Shown piece after piece: positions 40,225-53,975 of a DNA stretch of 64,000 nucleotides. The notes below the pieces were generated by a model. It saw only the letters and a program-made list of their open reading frames with translations. It ran no database searches and was not told where the DNA came from. The position numbers were made by a program, and so were the translations under genes. This DNA comes from Octopus sinensis (lineage: Eukaryota): NCBI RefSeq assembly GCF_006345805.1, contig NC_043005.1, positions 31,558,001 to 31,622,000 on the forward strand, read 5' to 3'. The first letter of the stretch is position 1. Each line of letters starts with the position of its first letter.

Positions 40225-43010
40225 TTCGTAACACAATGTAGGTAAAAATGCACCGGAGTCTTTAGTCATCTGTGAAGTTACAAGGACCTCAGATAGATAA
40301 TACTTTACTTAAGGTGTGTGCCGTGTCCAATAAGGATGCTTTTTGCAAGACATCAATCTTGTATGGGATTTCCAGTTGCCTTAATAATTTTGAAGTTTCA
40401 ATGGGATTGAGCCCAACGCTCCGATCACCATTGGTATGGAATGCAAGAGGGTAATGTAAAAGTTTACATTACCCTCTTGCATTCCATACAGTCTTGCCCC
40501 TTCCACTTTCAGTTCGGAGTACTTGGTGATATTTTCAACCCCTTTACTCACAACATTTATGACATTTGGTATGGCTACATCAATGATCTGACAGTATTTG
40601 TTTCTTTTATTCAATATGACAATATCCGGTCGATGGTGTTTGATTACACGGTCCATCTGAAAACCATAGTCCCAGAGTATCGTTACTTTTCCATCCTCCT
40701 GCATAAATTTACTTGGTACATGTTCGTACCAGTTCTCCGTTACTTTACATTGGTATTTACGGCATACAAGCCAATGAAAATATACACACATACACATACA
40801 CTTTATCGTGGCGGCGCTTGTATTCATTTTGTGCAAGGCTCTCTCATCAACTTACCAAGTGGGTCACATTTTCCACACTCTTTCCACAGTGTCTTCATTT
40901 CTGCGTGTCAGAAGTTTTATAGATGTTATACTTCACTGAATTGGTAGTGAAAGCCTAGTCTTGTGCAGCAATGATCAGGCTTTCGGTGGTACGCTTCAAA
41001 TCCCCTTGCTCAAGCCATGCCCACGATGCTGTATTATCCTTAACGTCTTGTGCATTCCTTTCAAACTGGCCCTGCATTCTCATTGCAAGAAGGTCTTCTT
41101 TTCCTTTCTCCTCAGATCTTTGATTAAAGTCTTCCTTGCCCATCATTTCCTCTGCATTTACACCCATATCTTTCGCGGCATATTGTAGCAGGTCTTCATC
41201 ACTATTTATCAAATACTCGGCAAGCGAGTATTAGTCCTCTACGACCATTCTTTTCTTTTCATATGCAGTATGTCTACGTTTGCTTTAGAGTGTACCCCCC
41301 CCCCTGCAGCGTCATCAACTTTCTCGCCTTTCTATCCAGTGCTGATATTTCTTCCTTAGTCCATTTGAGGATGGACGCACTATATCTGACCACCGCAACG
41401 CCCAGATATTCATTGCGGTAATCAAATTTTTAGCATTCAGGTTGGATTTCAACACCATCTTCACCCTTTTTTTGCTACGCCTCGCTGTCCTTGACTTTCA
41501 TTTCTCTGTGTAGAATGTCATCCAGCTCCAAAATCCTAAATATATCTATACCCACTACCGTCTGGTTCACCCATGGTCTCTGCTGATGGTAACCGCAATC
41601 CTCTGCAGGCTGCTTACTTCCCTCTTTTCATATTAAGTACTGACCATTTGGTAATCCCAAATTCCATACCGATGTCCCCACAGTTCTGGACTGTTTTGGT
41701 TAGGGAATCTATCTGTTTTTAAGATTTCCCAAACAATTTCAGGTCATCCATAAACAGAAGATGGTTCAATGACGGGCCTTTCTTCCCACATCGGTAGCCC
41801 AAGTTAACTTTCCTAAGTGTCATTATTATGGGTATTAGTGCAAATACAAAAAGTAACGGAGGAAACGAGCCATCTTAGAAGATTCACCTTTTAATATTAA
41901 CTTCTCCAAGGAATACATTTCCACTCTTTCATGCTATTCATCAGAAAATTTGTGATGTTGTCAGCAACACCAAACATCTACAGACATTCAACGATCCATA
42001 TCATATGCCTTCTTAAAGTTAATCCAAGGCATAGACATGTTTGTATGATGTCTTCTACAATGCCTCAAAACTGTTTCATTGGTGACCAGGTGATTTTTGG
42101 TATCCTGAGAACTCTTCCTAAATCCTTTTTGTTCCCTCGGTAGTATTTCTTCCTGTGCCAGGGAAGTGTATGTTTTTGCGGCACATATTCCAGTGAGTAT
42201 CTTCCACATTATGCTTAGGAATGCTATGGGACGGTAGTTTCCCACGATATTCCCCTTTCTTCTATCTTTCATTACAAGTGTTGTTCTCCCAGTTACCATC
42301 CACACGGGGACTGTACCTTTCTGGACACACTCATTCAATTGGGCTGCTAGTCTTTCATGCACCGCGTGGCATCCCTTCAGTCAGAAGCCATGAATCCCAT
42401 CTGATTCAGGGGCTTTCCATTTAGGCACTTTACTCACTTGTTCTTTCACACCACCCGTGCTTATTACAATATTCATTATCTAGTTGGTTCAATTCCCCTG
42501 CATGTCCACCCACCACAGTATCAGGGTCCACTGTATAACGTTCCCGTTCCTCATCCTTAACAGCCCCATCACCGTTCCCCTGTTCCTCCTGTCTACTCTT
42601 CTCCCTGCTTTCAACTCCTACCTCTCTGTTTTCAACTCCAACCATCCTTTGTAACTCATCCGCAAGGTCTCTCAGGCTCTCACTAATCCGAGATATTTCT
42701 ACTCCAGTTAAGTATCCCTTTCTCCTAATTACTCTCGCTTGGTTCATTAGTTTATTTTCTGACATTGGACACATGTCCTTTTCCATCCAAAATTTCAAGG
42801 TACGTCGGCCTACTCCGCGACTTCTTTCCGGTTTTGCTCTTTCATGACATTCAATAAGTGTTTCTTTTTGCGCACACGGTGTATGTGATCTGTTGTGACA
42901 TAACAACTGTCCGAGGCCAGATCACTGTCCCTGATGCGGGCGAAAAACCTTCACTATGATCGGCTATAGCTTCATTCTCGCCGTTAATTCTTTCATTCTT
43001 GTTTTGCATC
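40225..43010 (-). mobile_element. R4/Dong-type RLE LINE, nearly complete but disrupted
   Basis: N-terminal ECHERAKPERSRG...NKLMNQARVIRRKG. RT: GNYRPI....WKILTG, LPREQKG.RK, WINFKKAYD and NHLLFMDDLKL. Then LEQGDLKRTTESLIIAAQD and the RLE ILWDYGFQ.DRVI.H.RPDIV...IIDVAIP. The 3' end abuts (TTA)n at ~40210. Confidence 0.9.
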
Positions 43011-43475
43011 ATAATTTCATGAGTCGTTCGTGGAGTTCCCACGGGAGTTGTTATTAAGATCCCATCTCTCTGTTCCTCTCTTTATTTGTATATACACGTG
43101 CACATGTATGTACAAACACATACATATATAAATAACGTGCTTGCATTGTGTCGCCTCCATAACCAAAGAGAATATTATCATTATCACTATCGTCCTACCT
43201 ATAGCATTAAAAAAAATTATCAATAATAATATGGTTCCCGGTACATTGCAGCAGATCTTCGTCACTGTTCACCAAATACTCAGCAAGCATTCTCTTTTCA
43301 CTCCTTATACAATGGTCTATATTAATCAGTTCTCTGCCACCATTCGGTACTTTTTGGATATCTCACTCCATTAAAAAATTGGGTTATCTCCCCCAACTAA
43401 AAAAAATTGAAATAAGCAAAAATTACCAACTATTCTTTCTTTTCATATACAGTTTGTTTACGTTTGCAGTTAACA

Positions 43476-43477
43476 CT

Positions 43478-43550
<73 letters not shown>
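43476..43550. repeat. (AAT)n microsatellite, 5' flank of LINE copy 1
   Basis: About 24 AAT units; source of the poly-I start of the 423-aa ORF. Confidence 0.95.
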
Positions 43551-43551
<1 letters not shown>

Positions 43552-44920
43552 TTACTTATAGCTACAATGTGTTGAACTGGAATATGAGTGAAGTAAAGAA
43601 TATAGATAGAAAAATACGCAAGCTGCTGAGTTGTAATAGGATGCACCACCCAAAGGCAGACGTAGATCGCCTTTACCTTCCCAGAGCCCAAGGAGGTCGA
43701 GGCCTGATCCAATTTGAACTGGCTTACAAAACAACCACAATTGGACTGGCCAAATATCTCGAAATATCGGATGACTGGATGCTAAAGCTCGTGGAAAATC
43801 ACGAGAGACGAAAGAGGCTTCATTCTATCATAAAGGAAAGCAAAAAATTTGCTATTGATCTCGTGCAGGATACCCAAACTGAACAACCCGAGGGAAGTAC
43901 GGCAACTATTGTTGCAAAGAAGGTGAAAATAATGGCAATGAAAAAAGCGCACGAGCAATTGGCTGATAGGTGGGAGGAGAAACCTCTGCACGGCAAATAT
44001 GTGACCCGCAGCAAACAAGCTGATGTTGACCAGAAGCAAACCCATCAGTGGCTACGGAGTTCAGGGCTAAAAGCAGAGAGCGAAGGTTTCATCCTGGCTG
44101 CTCAAGATCAAAGCCTATTAACCCGGAACTACCAGGCCAATGTGATGAAAAATGGAGCAGACCCAAAATGCCGATTCTGCAACGACATGATTGAAACAGT
44201 GGACCACCTAATCTCTGGATGTAAAGTCTTAGCACCAGTGGAGTATAAATTAAGACATGACAGAGTTGGCCAATATCTCCACTGGCTAATAAGTCGGCAT
44301 TACAATATCAAAACTGCCGACAAGTGGTATAATCACCACCCTGAGGCTGTAACTGAAGGAGAAAATGTAACCATTCTGTGGGACTTTCCAGTACATACAG
44401 ACCGAACCATCAAGGCCAATAAACCAGATATTGTTGTGAAAGACCAAAACAATAAAGTTTGCTTATTGATCGACATGAGCATCCCCTGTGATCATAATAT
44501 CTCAGCGAAAGAGTTTGACAAGCTCAGAAAATATAAAGACCTACTCATTGAAATTGAGAAAATGTGGCATCTCAAGGCGGTTACAATACCAGTGATCGTA
44601 GGAGCACTAGGAATGATCAAGAAGGGAACCGAAAATTATATGAGAATGATCCCTGGCTTACCATCCCTGCAAGAAGTGCAAAAGATTGTCTTAACTGGTA
44701 CATCACACGTATTGAGAAGAGCATTGTCGATGTGAGAACTGTTGCTGCTCATGTATTTTAATTTAACTTAAAAAAAAATTTTTTTTTTTTTAAATGAACG
44801 AACTACTGAGTTTGGTTTAATGGCCAACCATTGTATACTATGAGTTTCTTTGCCCTAGGAGTCGGGAAGACACTCGGCAAGAAATGGAAACAAATTTGAA
44901 AGAAGAAAAAAAAAGTAGTA
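43550..44920 (+). mobile_element. Young 5'-truncated R4/Dong-type LINE, copy 1 (open frame through CCHC and RLE)
   Basis: Uninterrupted frame to 44735: HHPKADVDRLYLPR..GGRGL, KPLHGKY, AAQDQ, CRFC....ETVDHLISGC, RHD, ILWDF...TD..IKANKPDIVV, LIDMSIP and K..KY.DL, followed by a 3' UTR and (AAT)n. Confidence 0.95.
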
Positions 44921-44940
44921 ATAATAATAATAATAATAAT

Positions 44941-46008
44941 AATTTGCTATTGATCTCGTGCAGGATACCCAAACTGAACAACCCGAGGGAAGTACGGCAA
45001 CTATTGTTGCAAAGAAGGTGAAAATAATGGCAACGAAAAATGCACGAGCAATTGGCTGATATGTGGGAGGAGAAACCTCTGCACGGCAAATATGTGGCCC
45101 GCAGCAAACAAGCTGATGTTGACCAGAAGCAAACCCATCAGTGACTACGGAGCTCAGGGCTGCAAGCAGAGAGCGAAGGTTTCACCCTGGCTGCTCAAGA
45201 TCAAAGCCTATTAACCCGGAACTACCAGGCCAATGTGATGAAAAATGGAGCAGACCCAAAATGCCGATTCTGCAACGACATGATTGAAACAGTGGACCAC
45301 CTAATCTCTGGATGTAAAGTCTTAGCACCAGTGGAGTATAAATTAAGACATGACAGAGTTGGCCAATATCTCCACTGGCTAATAAGTCGGCATTACAATA
45401 TCAAAACTGCCGACAAGTGGTATAATCACCACCCTGAGGCTGTAACTGAAGGAGAAAATGTAACCATTCTGTGGGACTTTCCAGTACATACAGACCGAAC
45501 CATCAAGGCCAATAAACCAGATATTGTTGTGAAAGACCAAAACAATAAAGTTTGCTTATTGATCGACATGAGCATCCCCTGTGATCATAATATCTCAGCG
45601 AAAGAGTTTGACAAGCTCAGAAAATATAAAGATCTACTCATTGAAATTGAGAAAATGTGGCATCTCAAGGCGGTTACAATACCAGTGATCGTAGGAGCAC
45701 TAGGAATGATCAAGAAGGGAACCGAAAATTATATGAGAATGATCCCTGGCTTACCATCCCTGCAAGAAGTGCAAAAGATTGTCTTAACTGGTACATCACA
45801 CGTATTGAGAAGAGCATTGTCGATGTGAGAACTGTTGCTGCTCATGTATTTTAATTTAACTTAAAAAAAAAAAATAAATAAATAAATGAACGAACTACTG
45901 AGTTTGGTTTAATGGCCTACCATTGTATACTATGAGTTTCTTTGCCCTAGGAGTCGGGAAGACACTCGGCAAGAAATGGAAACAAATTTGAAAGAAGAAA
46001 AAAAAGTA

Positions 46009-46010
<2 letters not shown>
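44941..46010 (+). mobile_element. R4/Dong-type LINE, copy 2
   Basis: Starts aatttgctattgatctcg after (AAT)n. ORF 45235-45828 is identical in translation to the copy 1 C-terminus. Confidence 0.95.
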
Positions 46011-46056
<46 letters not shown>

Positions 46057-46070
46057 TAATAATAATAATA

Positions 46071-47116
46071 ATTTGCTATTGATCTCGTGCAGGATACCCA
46101 AACTGGACAACCCGAGGGAAGTACGGCAACTATTGTTGCAAAGAAGGTGAAAATAATGGCAACGAAAAAAGCACGAGCAATTGGCTGATATGTGGGAGGA
46201 GAAACCTCTGCACGGCAAATATGTGGCCCGCAGCAAACAAGCTGATCTTGACCAGAAGCAAACCCATCAGTGGCTACGGAGCTCAGGGCTGCAAGCAGAG
46301 AGCGAAGGTTTCGCCCTGGCTGCTCAAGATCAAAGCCTATTAACCCGGAACTACCAGGCCAATGTGATGAAAAATGGAGCAGACCCAAAATGCCGATTCT
46401 GCAACGACATGATTGAAACAGTGGACCACCTAATCTCTGGATGTAAAGTCTTAGCACCAGTGGAGTATAAATTAAGACATGACAGAGTTGGCCGATATCT
46501 ACACTGGCTAATAAGTCGGCATTACAATATCAAAACTGCCGACAAGTGGTATAATCACCACCCTGAGGCTGTAACTGAAGGAGAAAATGTAACCATTCTG
46601 TGGGACTTTCCAGTACATACAGACCGAACCATCAAGGCCAATAAACCAGATATTGTTGTGAAAGACCAAAACAATAAAGTTTGCTTATTGATCGACATGA
46701 GCATCCCCTGTGATCATAATATCTCAGCGAAAGAGTTTGACAAGCTCAGAAAATATAAAGACCTACTCATTGAAATTGAGAAAATGTGGCATCTCAAGGC
46801 GGTTACAATACCAGTGATCGTAGGAGCACTAGGAATGATCAAGAAGGGAACCGAAAATTATATGAGAATGATCCCTGGCTTACCATCCCTGCAAGAAGTG
46901 CAAAAGATTGTCTTAACTGGTACATCACCCGTATTGAGAAGAGCATTGTCGATGTGAGAACTGTTGCTGCTCAGGTATTTTAATTTAACTTAAAAAAAAA
47001 ATGAACTATTGAGTTTGGTTTAATGGCCTACCAATGTATACTATAAGTTTCTTTGCCCTAGGAGTCGGGAAGACACTCGGCAAGATATGGAAGCAAATTT
47101 GAAAGAAGAAAAAATA

Positions 47117-47120
<4 letters not shown>
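46071..47120 (+). mobile_element. R4/Dong-type LINE, copy 3
   Basis: Same 5' breakpoint as copy 2; ORF 46181-46957; ends in (AAT)n at 47115-47178. Confidence 0.95.
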
Positions 47121-47155
<35 letters not shown>

Positions 47156-47177
47156 TAATAATAATAATAATAATAAT

Positions 47178-47690
47178 AAATGCTCTGATGTAGTACCAGG
47201 CAGTGGCTCTCATGGCTTCTGATCTTAACTGATTGGAAGTGTTATCATGTACATTGTTTTGTCTTGTTATAAAAGATGGGCTACACCAAATATTCTGCCC
47301 AATACCACAGATTTGCTTGTCAGTTGTTTTACCTTAACCGGTTGAGCATGTCCCCTTGTAGCTGATGATATGAACATCTCTGATCACGAGCAGAAGTTGG
47401 GGGAGCATCATAACCATGTGTTAGAGAGGGATTCTTTGGGCTTTGAATAATTCACCTCTGCAAACATGGGCGTTTCCTTCAACATCCTTAAACAACCCTT
47501 ATTCAGGGACCATTTGAGCAGGATGGGCTACTCGACCAGAAGAAAATTCTAACTGGGCCCCACCTGCAAGGTCATGTGCTGTTTATATTGATATGAGATC
47601 ACCAAGTCTCGCACATATGGTTGTGATGCATGTGCCTGGAATTCCATTATCAGACGGGCAGTCAGGATGAGTATACTGGGCTACGTATAA
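47178..47690 (+). mobile_element. Second copy of the AAT-associated ~520-bp non-coding element
   Basis: Homologous to 39650-40170 (minus strand) and begins immediately after (AAT)n. Confidence 0.7.
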
Positions 47691-47699
47691 GGCCTATTG

Positions 47700-50045
47700 G
47701 CCTTAATTTCTTTATCTGTGTGTATTGGCATCTGTGTGTATTGTTAACAGTCATCCATGGAGACCAAGATACGTAAGTCCATTTTCTTTTCTCTAAGTTA
47801 AGTGGTTACACTTAGAGCTGGCTGTGTAAATGTTCGGAACCTGAGTTCGGCTTGGAAACAGGGTCATCTGCTCAACAATCGCAGCTCCCTAAATTTAGAT
47901 AAGACAGCATTTAGTGAGCCTGAATTGCCGGGAAACATGCTCTTGTAACCGTTTTCGAATACTATGATGTGTTCTCATCTTGTGATCTTGTTGGGAGCGG
48001 GCGGTGGTGTAGCAGTGTTATTCAGAAAATCTTTAGGTCCTTGGACCAGGACGGTAGGTTGGTGGTCCTAGATGTGAATGACGGTGAAGATAGTACCTTC
48101 AGACTGGAGGCTGTATGTGCTCTGACAGGGGCTGGAAAGCTCGGTTTTGATGGTTTGTCCTATGAATTCTGTGTGTTCATGCCAGATTTGTTTGGCGGCT
48201 TCTTAGCAGACATTTACCATAACCGACAACATAACGAAAGAATTACTAATGCTTTAAGCCGGGATGGGGTGACATGGCTGAGGAAGAACACCGGCAATGA
48301 GGACGTCATAAGGAATTTTAGGCTCATAACTCTGCTAATTACAGAGTTTAAGATTTTGGCCATGCTGTTAATAGTTGATAGTCTCGTCTGAGAAGCACAA
48401 ACTTGTGTAATCCCAAATAAGTCTATCCACAACAACCGCTACCTTATGCGATACAACATAGAGGTGGTTGGGCTTAAAGCTGGCTTCAGTGAGACCTTTA
48501 TCAATTTGGACCAGCTGAAAGCATACGATAGGGTTGACCATCACTACTTGGAAGCCATCCTTAAAGCGACCGGTTTCTGGCCCGTTTTCAGAGGAGGCTG
48601 GATCGCTGCAATACACAGCGAAATCTGCTCCTTGGTCAAAGTAAACGGCCACCTACCGGAACAGTTTAACATCGATTGGTCCGTCATGGCTGCCTATTGT
48701 CGGTACTTTTGTTGGAGCTGGCTATTGGGCCGCGGAAGTTGGAAGAATTGAGGGGCATCCCCTTCAAACTGGAATACCGGAGGACAATGACGCCATATGC
48801 GGACGATGTAACTGTCGTAGTTTCGGGTTCCGCCAAAGTGGAGACGGCCGGCTTCATGATAAAAGAATATTAGTCGGCGGACTTGCGACCGAGCACCAGG
48901 AGAGGCAGTTCGATGCCGCCAGACAGCGTCGTCGGAGGCTGGACTGACGGACCAGTTAAACTGCTCGGGATCTGGTTCGGTTCCGCGTTCCAGGAGGATA
49001 CGAACTGGGACGAAGTGATAATAACTGGGACAGGGTAGCATGTCTTGCCCAGAAATGGGTAAGACATTGAAAGATCGTGGATAGATGGCGAATGCACACA
49101 TCGTCTCCGTCATCATTTATCGCCGGACCGTAATGCCTTGCCCTAATTACTGCTTGGTCATGTTGGGGCGTCTCTTGCTTATTTTCTTGTGGGTGGATGG
49201 GACGAGTTTCAATCGTCAGGCGGTCGGCCTGCTGCCAGCTCCCTCTGCGTGGCTGCTCAGGCACACTGACTTTCGATGCGCATACACGCGCTCATATTGC
49301 GGTACCTGCAACGATTTCTAGACGGTTAGCGTGTGTGGGCTCCGTTTGTGATGCAATTTTGGTTGAAAGATAGACCAGGACTAAGCACCCGGTACCTAGA
49401 ATATCGTCCGGCACTCACTGTCTTCTACAACAGGATCGGTGGATGCTCCACTTTAGATATATATAAAGGATTAGCAGCGAGGAAGTGTGACGACGTTCTC
49501 AAGTAGACCCTGAGCGTCGACGAAAATGAACTGATTAGTCTGTTCCGGAGGACTTTCCTGTCGGGGACTACCATAATTTCCAGATATCTTTGGCCTAACA
49601 CTGCTACCAGAGGGCGCTGCCAGTTTGAGATAAACCCTATAGACATTGATGTGCTTTCAGATCGATTTGTCCGAGGTTCACGCAGCGCGACGAACCACTC
49701 TATGTCCAGGCATTAGTGACTTATGGAGTTATGTCCAACAGCTACTATTACGTGTAAGACAGGTCTATCTATCGACCGAATTGATAGTGATTTTGCCCCG
49801 CCGCCTTCCTTTAATCGTGCATGTAAGGCAGTTTATTTTATCTGGTGACATTTTGCATTTTGTTTTGGCAGCCGTATAGTGACGACCGGACCTGTGCTGA
49901 TCACAAAAAGGGCACGCGCCGGGCAAGAGACCTTATTTACGCTGTTTTTGTATTAATTTATGGTCCATTACTCTCATACAGAGGAAAGTGGTGATCAGGT
50001 GTTACAACCACCAGTATTTTTATCGAGACACTATGTCTAGAGGGG
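47700..50045 (+). mobile_element. Heavily deleted Tx1-clade LINE (relative of 33351-38974)
   Basis: CVNVRNLSSAWKQGHLL (APE), LDQDGRLVVLDV, GFDGLSYEF, NFRLITLL.TEFKILA, LDQLKAYDRVDHHYLEAILK and YADDVT. Confidence 0.85.
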
Positions 50046-50189
50046 TTTGTCTCAAAATACTCAAAGGGATTTCTCTCCGCCTAAAAGTTTAAGTAACCTA
50101 TCCTGCGCTAGATACCAACCTAGTACTCTGAGCTCAGCCCTTGGTGAAATATATACAATGACAGGGACACTTTTCTCTTTAAGTTGCCA

Positions 50190-50222
<33 letters not shown>

Positions 50223-50329
50223 TATTATTATTATTATATTATTATTATATTATTATTATTATTATATTATTATTATTATTATTATTATCATCATTATCAT
50301 TATTATTATTATTATCATATTCTTCTTCT

Positions 50330-50715
50330 TTCAAAATTGTTTTCATTTCTTGCAGAATATCTTCCCAATACCTAGAGCAAAGAAACTAACTGTATACATT
50401 GTTAGGCCATTAAAATAACGATACCAGATTGTTCATTTACAAATTCATGTGACAGAAAAAAGGTGGAGAAAGACAGAGAAAAATGGAAAAAATGGAAAAA
50501 AAGAAGAAATAATGAAAAAGAAAAAGAAAATAAAGGGGAACAGGAAAGAAAATTCACAGCGACAATGTGTGACGTACCAGTTACGACAATCTTTTGCACT
50601 CCCTGCATAGATGCTAAGACAGGGAACATCCTCAAATAATTTTCAGTTCCTGTTTTGATTATTCCAAGTGCACCTACAATCACTGGTATTGTAACCGCCT
50701 GGAGATGCTTCATTT
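50330..50715 (-). mobile_element. R4/Dong LINE extreme 3' end (43.5-kb family, older copy) in (TTA)n
   Basis: HLQAVTIPVIVGALGIIK.GTENY...Q.VQKIV.TGTSH, plus a 3' UTR homologous to 44820-44910. (TTA)n at 50190-50320. Confidence 0.85.
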
Positions 50716-50749
50716 TTTTTTTTCAATCAACAAACCTTTTATCCTCATC

Positions 50750-51200
50750 ATTATTATTATTTGATGAAAACTCTCAACCTATTTTGCTGGGTATAATGGA
50801 AAGTGTCAGCTGTCCACAGCCAGCTGACTAAAGAGACACTTGTTTACTGGTCATGCTTCAAGAACCCTGCGAATAATTCTTGCAGTTCCAAGCAATACTG
50901 ATTTTTGTGTTCTACATTTACATCTGTACCGACTTTTTGAGCCATGTTAGTAGTTGAGTGCTGATACTTCCAAGTACACCAATTACTATTGGTATCACGT
51001 TTACTCTCCTCATTGACCACAACCTTCATATTTCCCACTTCAAATCGTCGTAGTTCAGTTCTTCTTTGTTATTATTATTTTGGACTTGATCAGATTCGAT
51101 CTTATTCCTGGTAGAAATTATGGGGATACCAGATTACTACCTGTAACCTTAGGTACACACAAGTTTTCGACAGTCTTTCAAGTGCTTAGAACACTCCTGA
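50750..51200 (-). mobile_element. R4/Dong LINE 3' end (11950 family)
   Basis: Homologous to 11950-12440 (gaaaactc.caac.tattttgctgggtat...ggtcatgcttcaagaac.ctgcgaa...ttcccacttcaaatc). Confidence 0.85.
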
Positions 51201-51352
51201 TAATCTTTGCTGTCGTGATTAGCTCCTCATGATTAGCCATTGTAGTACTGTCTTTAATTCTGAAGACACATTAGGAGTTCAGTTTAATATCTTCATCTGT
51301 TACACAAAGTTTTCCCTGGTGAAATATATATATATGTATGTATGTATGAATA

Positions 51353-52612
51353 CAGGGTGTCCCGAATTTAAGGCAACTGAAGATTCGGGCTTTAATAACT
51401 ATCAAATAAATGTGATAAGATATAAAAATTATACATCATTATAAAAGCTTAGTGTGTCTTCATTTTGTTTCAGACTAAACAAATTTAGATTTATAAATTA
51501 GATAATGGCTTTAGACCGGAATCCAATCATAACCCTTCACAAAGGAGTCGAAAGTAATACAGCTATAGCAAAAAATTAAAATTAACCGAACATTCTGGAA
51601 AATGGTCAAACAATTCCAAGAGACTGGTCCCACTGCTGATCGACCTGGACGTGACTGCAAAAGAAGTGTACGGACCCCTTAGCTTATGAAAAGTACCAGA
51701 GAAAAGATACGGCGAAATCCTCGTCGTTCCGTTAGAAAACTGGCTGCGACAGCAAAAATGAGCCGAATATCGATGTACCGAGTGCTGAAGGAGTATCTCA
51801 GGACCCACCCGCCCTCATGAGCTCACGCAAAGCCATGAGATTGGAGAGAAATCGTCCTATCCTGCGTTAGATTGCCGAAGGCACGCTACCCAATCTGGTG
51901 TTCACTGTTGAAAAGAAATTTGACTTCGAACAGACAGTAAACCTCCAGAATAACCGACTTTGGAGTGTATTTGGCTCCGTCGTGGGTAGACTCATAAATC
52001 GACATTAAAATCCACAGTCAGTTATGTTTTGGGCGGCTACGATTGCCACTGGAAGTTCTCCTCGCGTTTTGTGTCCTCGGTTGTTAAAATTAACACTTAA
52101 TGATAAATTAACAACATTCTGGAAGCTGAACTACATCCATGGATGAACGAGCATTTTCAAGGCGCACCTTGAAGTCTCTAACAGGACTCGGCATCTTCTC
52201 ACAGCTCCAAGCAGATACAACACTGGATTCAGAAAAACATTCCGCCCTTCATAGGCAAGGATGTATGCTCTCCCGAAGTCCCGATCTCGACCCGTTAGAT
52301 TTTTGTGTTTGGTTCATTTGGGAGAAGAGGGTCTTGAGTACTCCTCATGCTTTGCTCGAGGCGCTCTAAAAGCAAACCTGCGCCAGGATTGGGATTCGAT
52401 TACGCAGGAACAGCTGCGTGCCGCGTGTGAAGCATTTACCCCTAGACTTAAGGCTGTGATTCGAAACAGAGATGGTCATATCGAATAACTGTGGTAGTGT
52501 CATAATTGTGTTTCTTTTACCATTGCATTGCAACGCTCGGACCAGAAATATAACAATGGTTTGCTTTGGCAAAGTTGAAAAAAGTTGGTTGCTTTTATTT
52601 TGGAACACCTTG
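51353..52612 (+). mobile_element. mariner/maT-like (DD37D-type) DNA transposon with TIRs and TA target duplications
   Basis: TA-CAGGGTGTCC...GGAACACCTTG-TA ends. KIRRNPRRSVRKLA, LVFT.EKKF, SVMFWAA and SPDLDPLDFCVW. Confidence 0.9.
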
Positions 52613-53859
52613 TATAGATATATATTGATTGCCATTCTTGTATATAACTGAATGCATCAGCAGTTTAATGGATAGGAATTTCTTCGGGTACATATATCGG
52701 TGTGTCTTCATTACATGGAGTGTAAAATAGTATTTACTGCGTGCTTACTGGAATGCTAATACATTACTTTACGGCCCTTTACACTTCTTGGCTCTGTTTT
52801 TCATGACAGTGATTTCTGAAGTTCCTCGTCTATTTAAAATGTAATTGCACGTTGCCATACAATATGACTACAATTGAACGATAGAGCTTCGTATGCTATG
52901 AGCTGCTATTCTACTAAACAAATGTATCAGCCATTTATGGTGATTTAAACGTATGAATACAAAGACACATACACACAAGTAAAGAACTCGAAACACTATA
53001 ATGTGAGAATGTATGAATGTGTATACATATGTATACACATGGATATATGCATACATAAGTATGTGTGCGTTTGTTTGTGTGTATATATATATGTACATAT
53101 ATATACATACTCACACACACATATATATACGTACACACACATGCATACATACGTGTGTGAATATCTATGTATGCATATATATCTGTGTGTATATTCGATG
53201 TGTGCGAGGCCGTTAACAATGCAGGGTTTTTATGTTTTAAATAAATGACTTTCTTTTTCGTCTCTAGTTATTTCAGACATGCTATTGCTAACGACTTTTT
53301 CTACTCAACTGTTATATTCTCACTACTTCATGATGCATCTCACAAAATCCCCCAAATGTATGTATGTATATATATATATGTATGTATGTATGTGTGTGTA
53401 TATATATATATATGTGTGTGTATTATATATATATATATATATATACATACATATATGTATACTTATATACATATTTATCTATTTATTTGTGTTTGTGTTT
53501 GCGCGCGTGTGTGTGTGTGTGTGTGTGTGTGTGTACATATGTGTGTACGAATGTATATGTATATAGTGTATTTCAGTGTTCTTCTCAAAAAATCAATTTC
53601 TCGAAAGGCTTCTGGATTTCATTTACTTGAATATAAAATAAAAAGGAAAAAAACAATAATTCCTACCATCTTACATTGATTTCATTTCGTGCATTTTAGA
53701 AACCCCTCTAAAATTAGGTTTTCTTTTATTTCATCTTATTTTTGTAATTTTACAGAAATTCGTCAATCGAGTATCACCATTTAGAATTCATCCGATCTTT
53801 ACATTTCAGTAATTGTCCCTTTTCTATTTATTATTATTATTATTGTTGCTGTTGTTGCT

Positions 53860-53975
53860 CTTCTTCTTCTTCTTCTTCTTCTTCTTCTTCTTCTTCTTCT
53901 TCTTCTTCTTCTTCTTCTTCTTCTTCTTCTTCTTCTTCTTCTTCTTCTTCTTCTTCTTCTTCTTCTTCTTCTTCT
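53860..53975. repeat. (TTC)n microsatellite
   Basis: About 37 TTC units; source of the poly-R/F/K ORFs. Confidence 0.95.

Noticed and set aside
43464-44735. 423-aa ORF as a host gene
   Set aside because: The N-terminus is translated (AAT)n and the remainder is a LINE C-terminus.
44836-44892. CTATGAG...GGAAAC around the Dong 3' UTR hairpin, resembling a hammerhead
   Set aside because: G5 is missing from the core, and no stem III/GUH or stem I follows.
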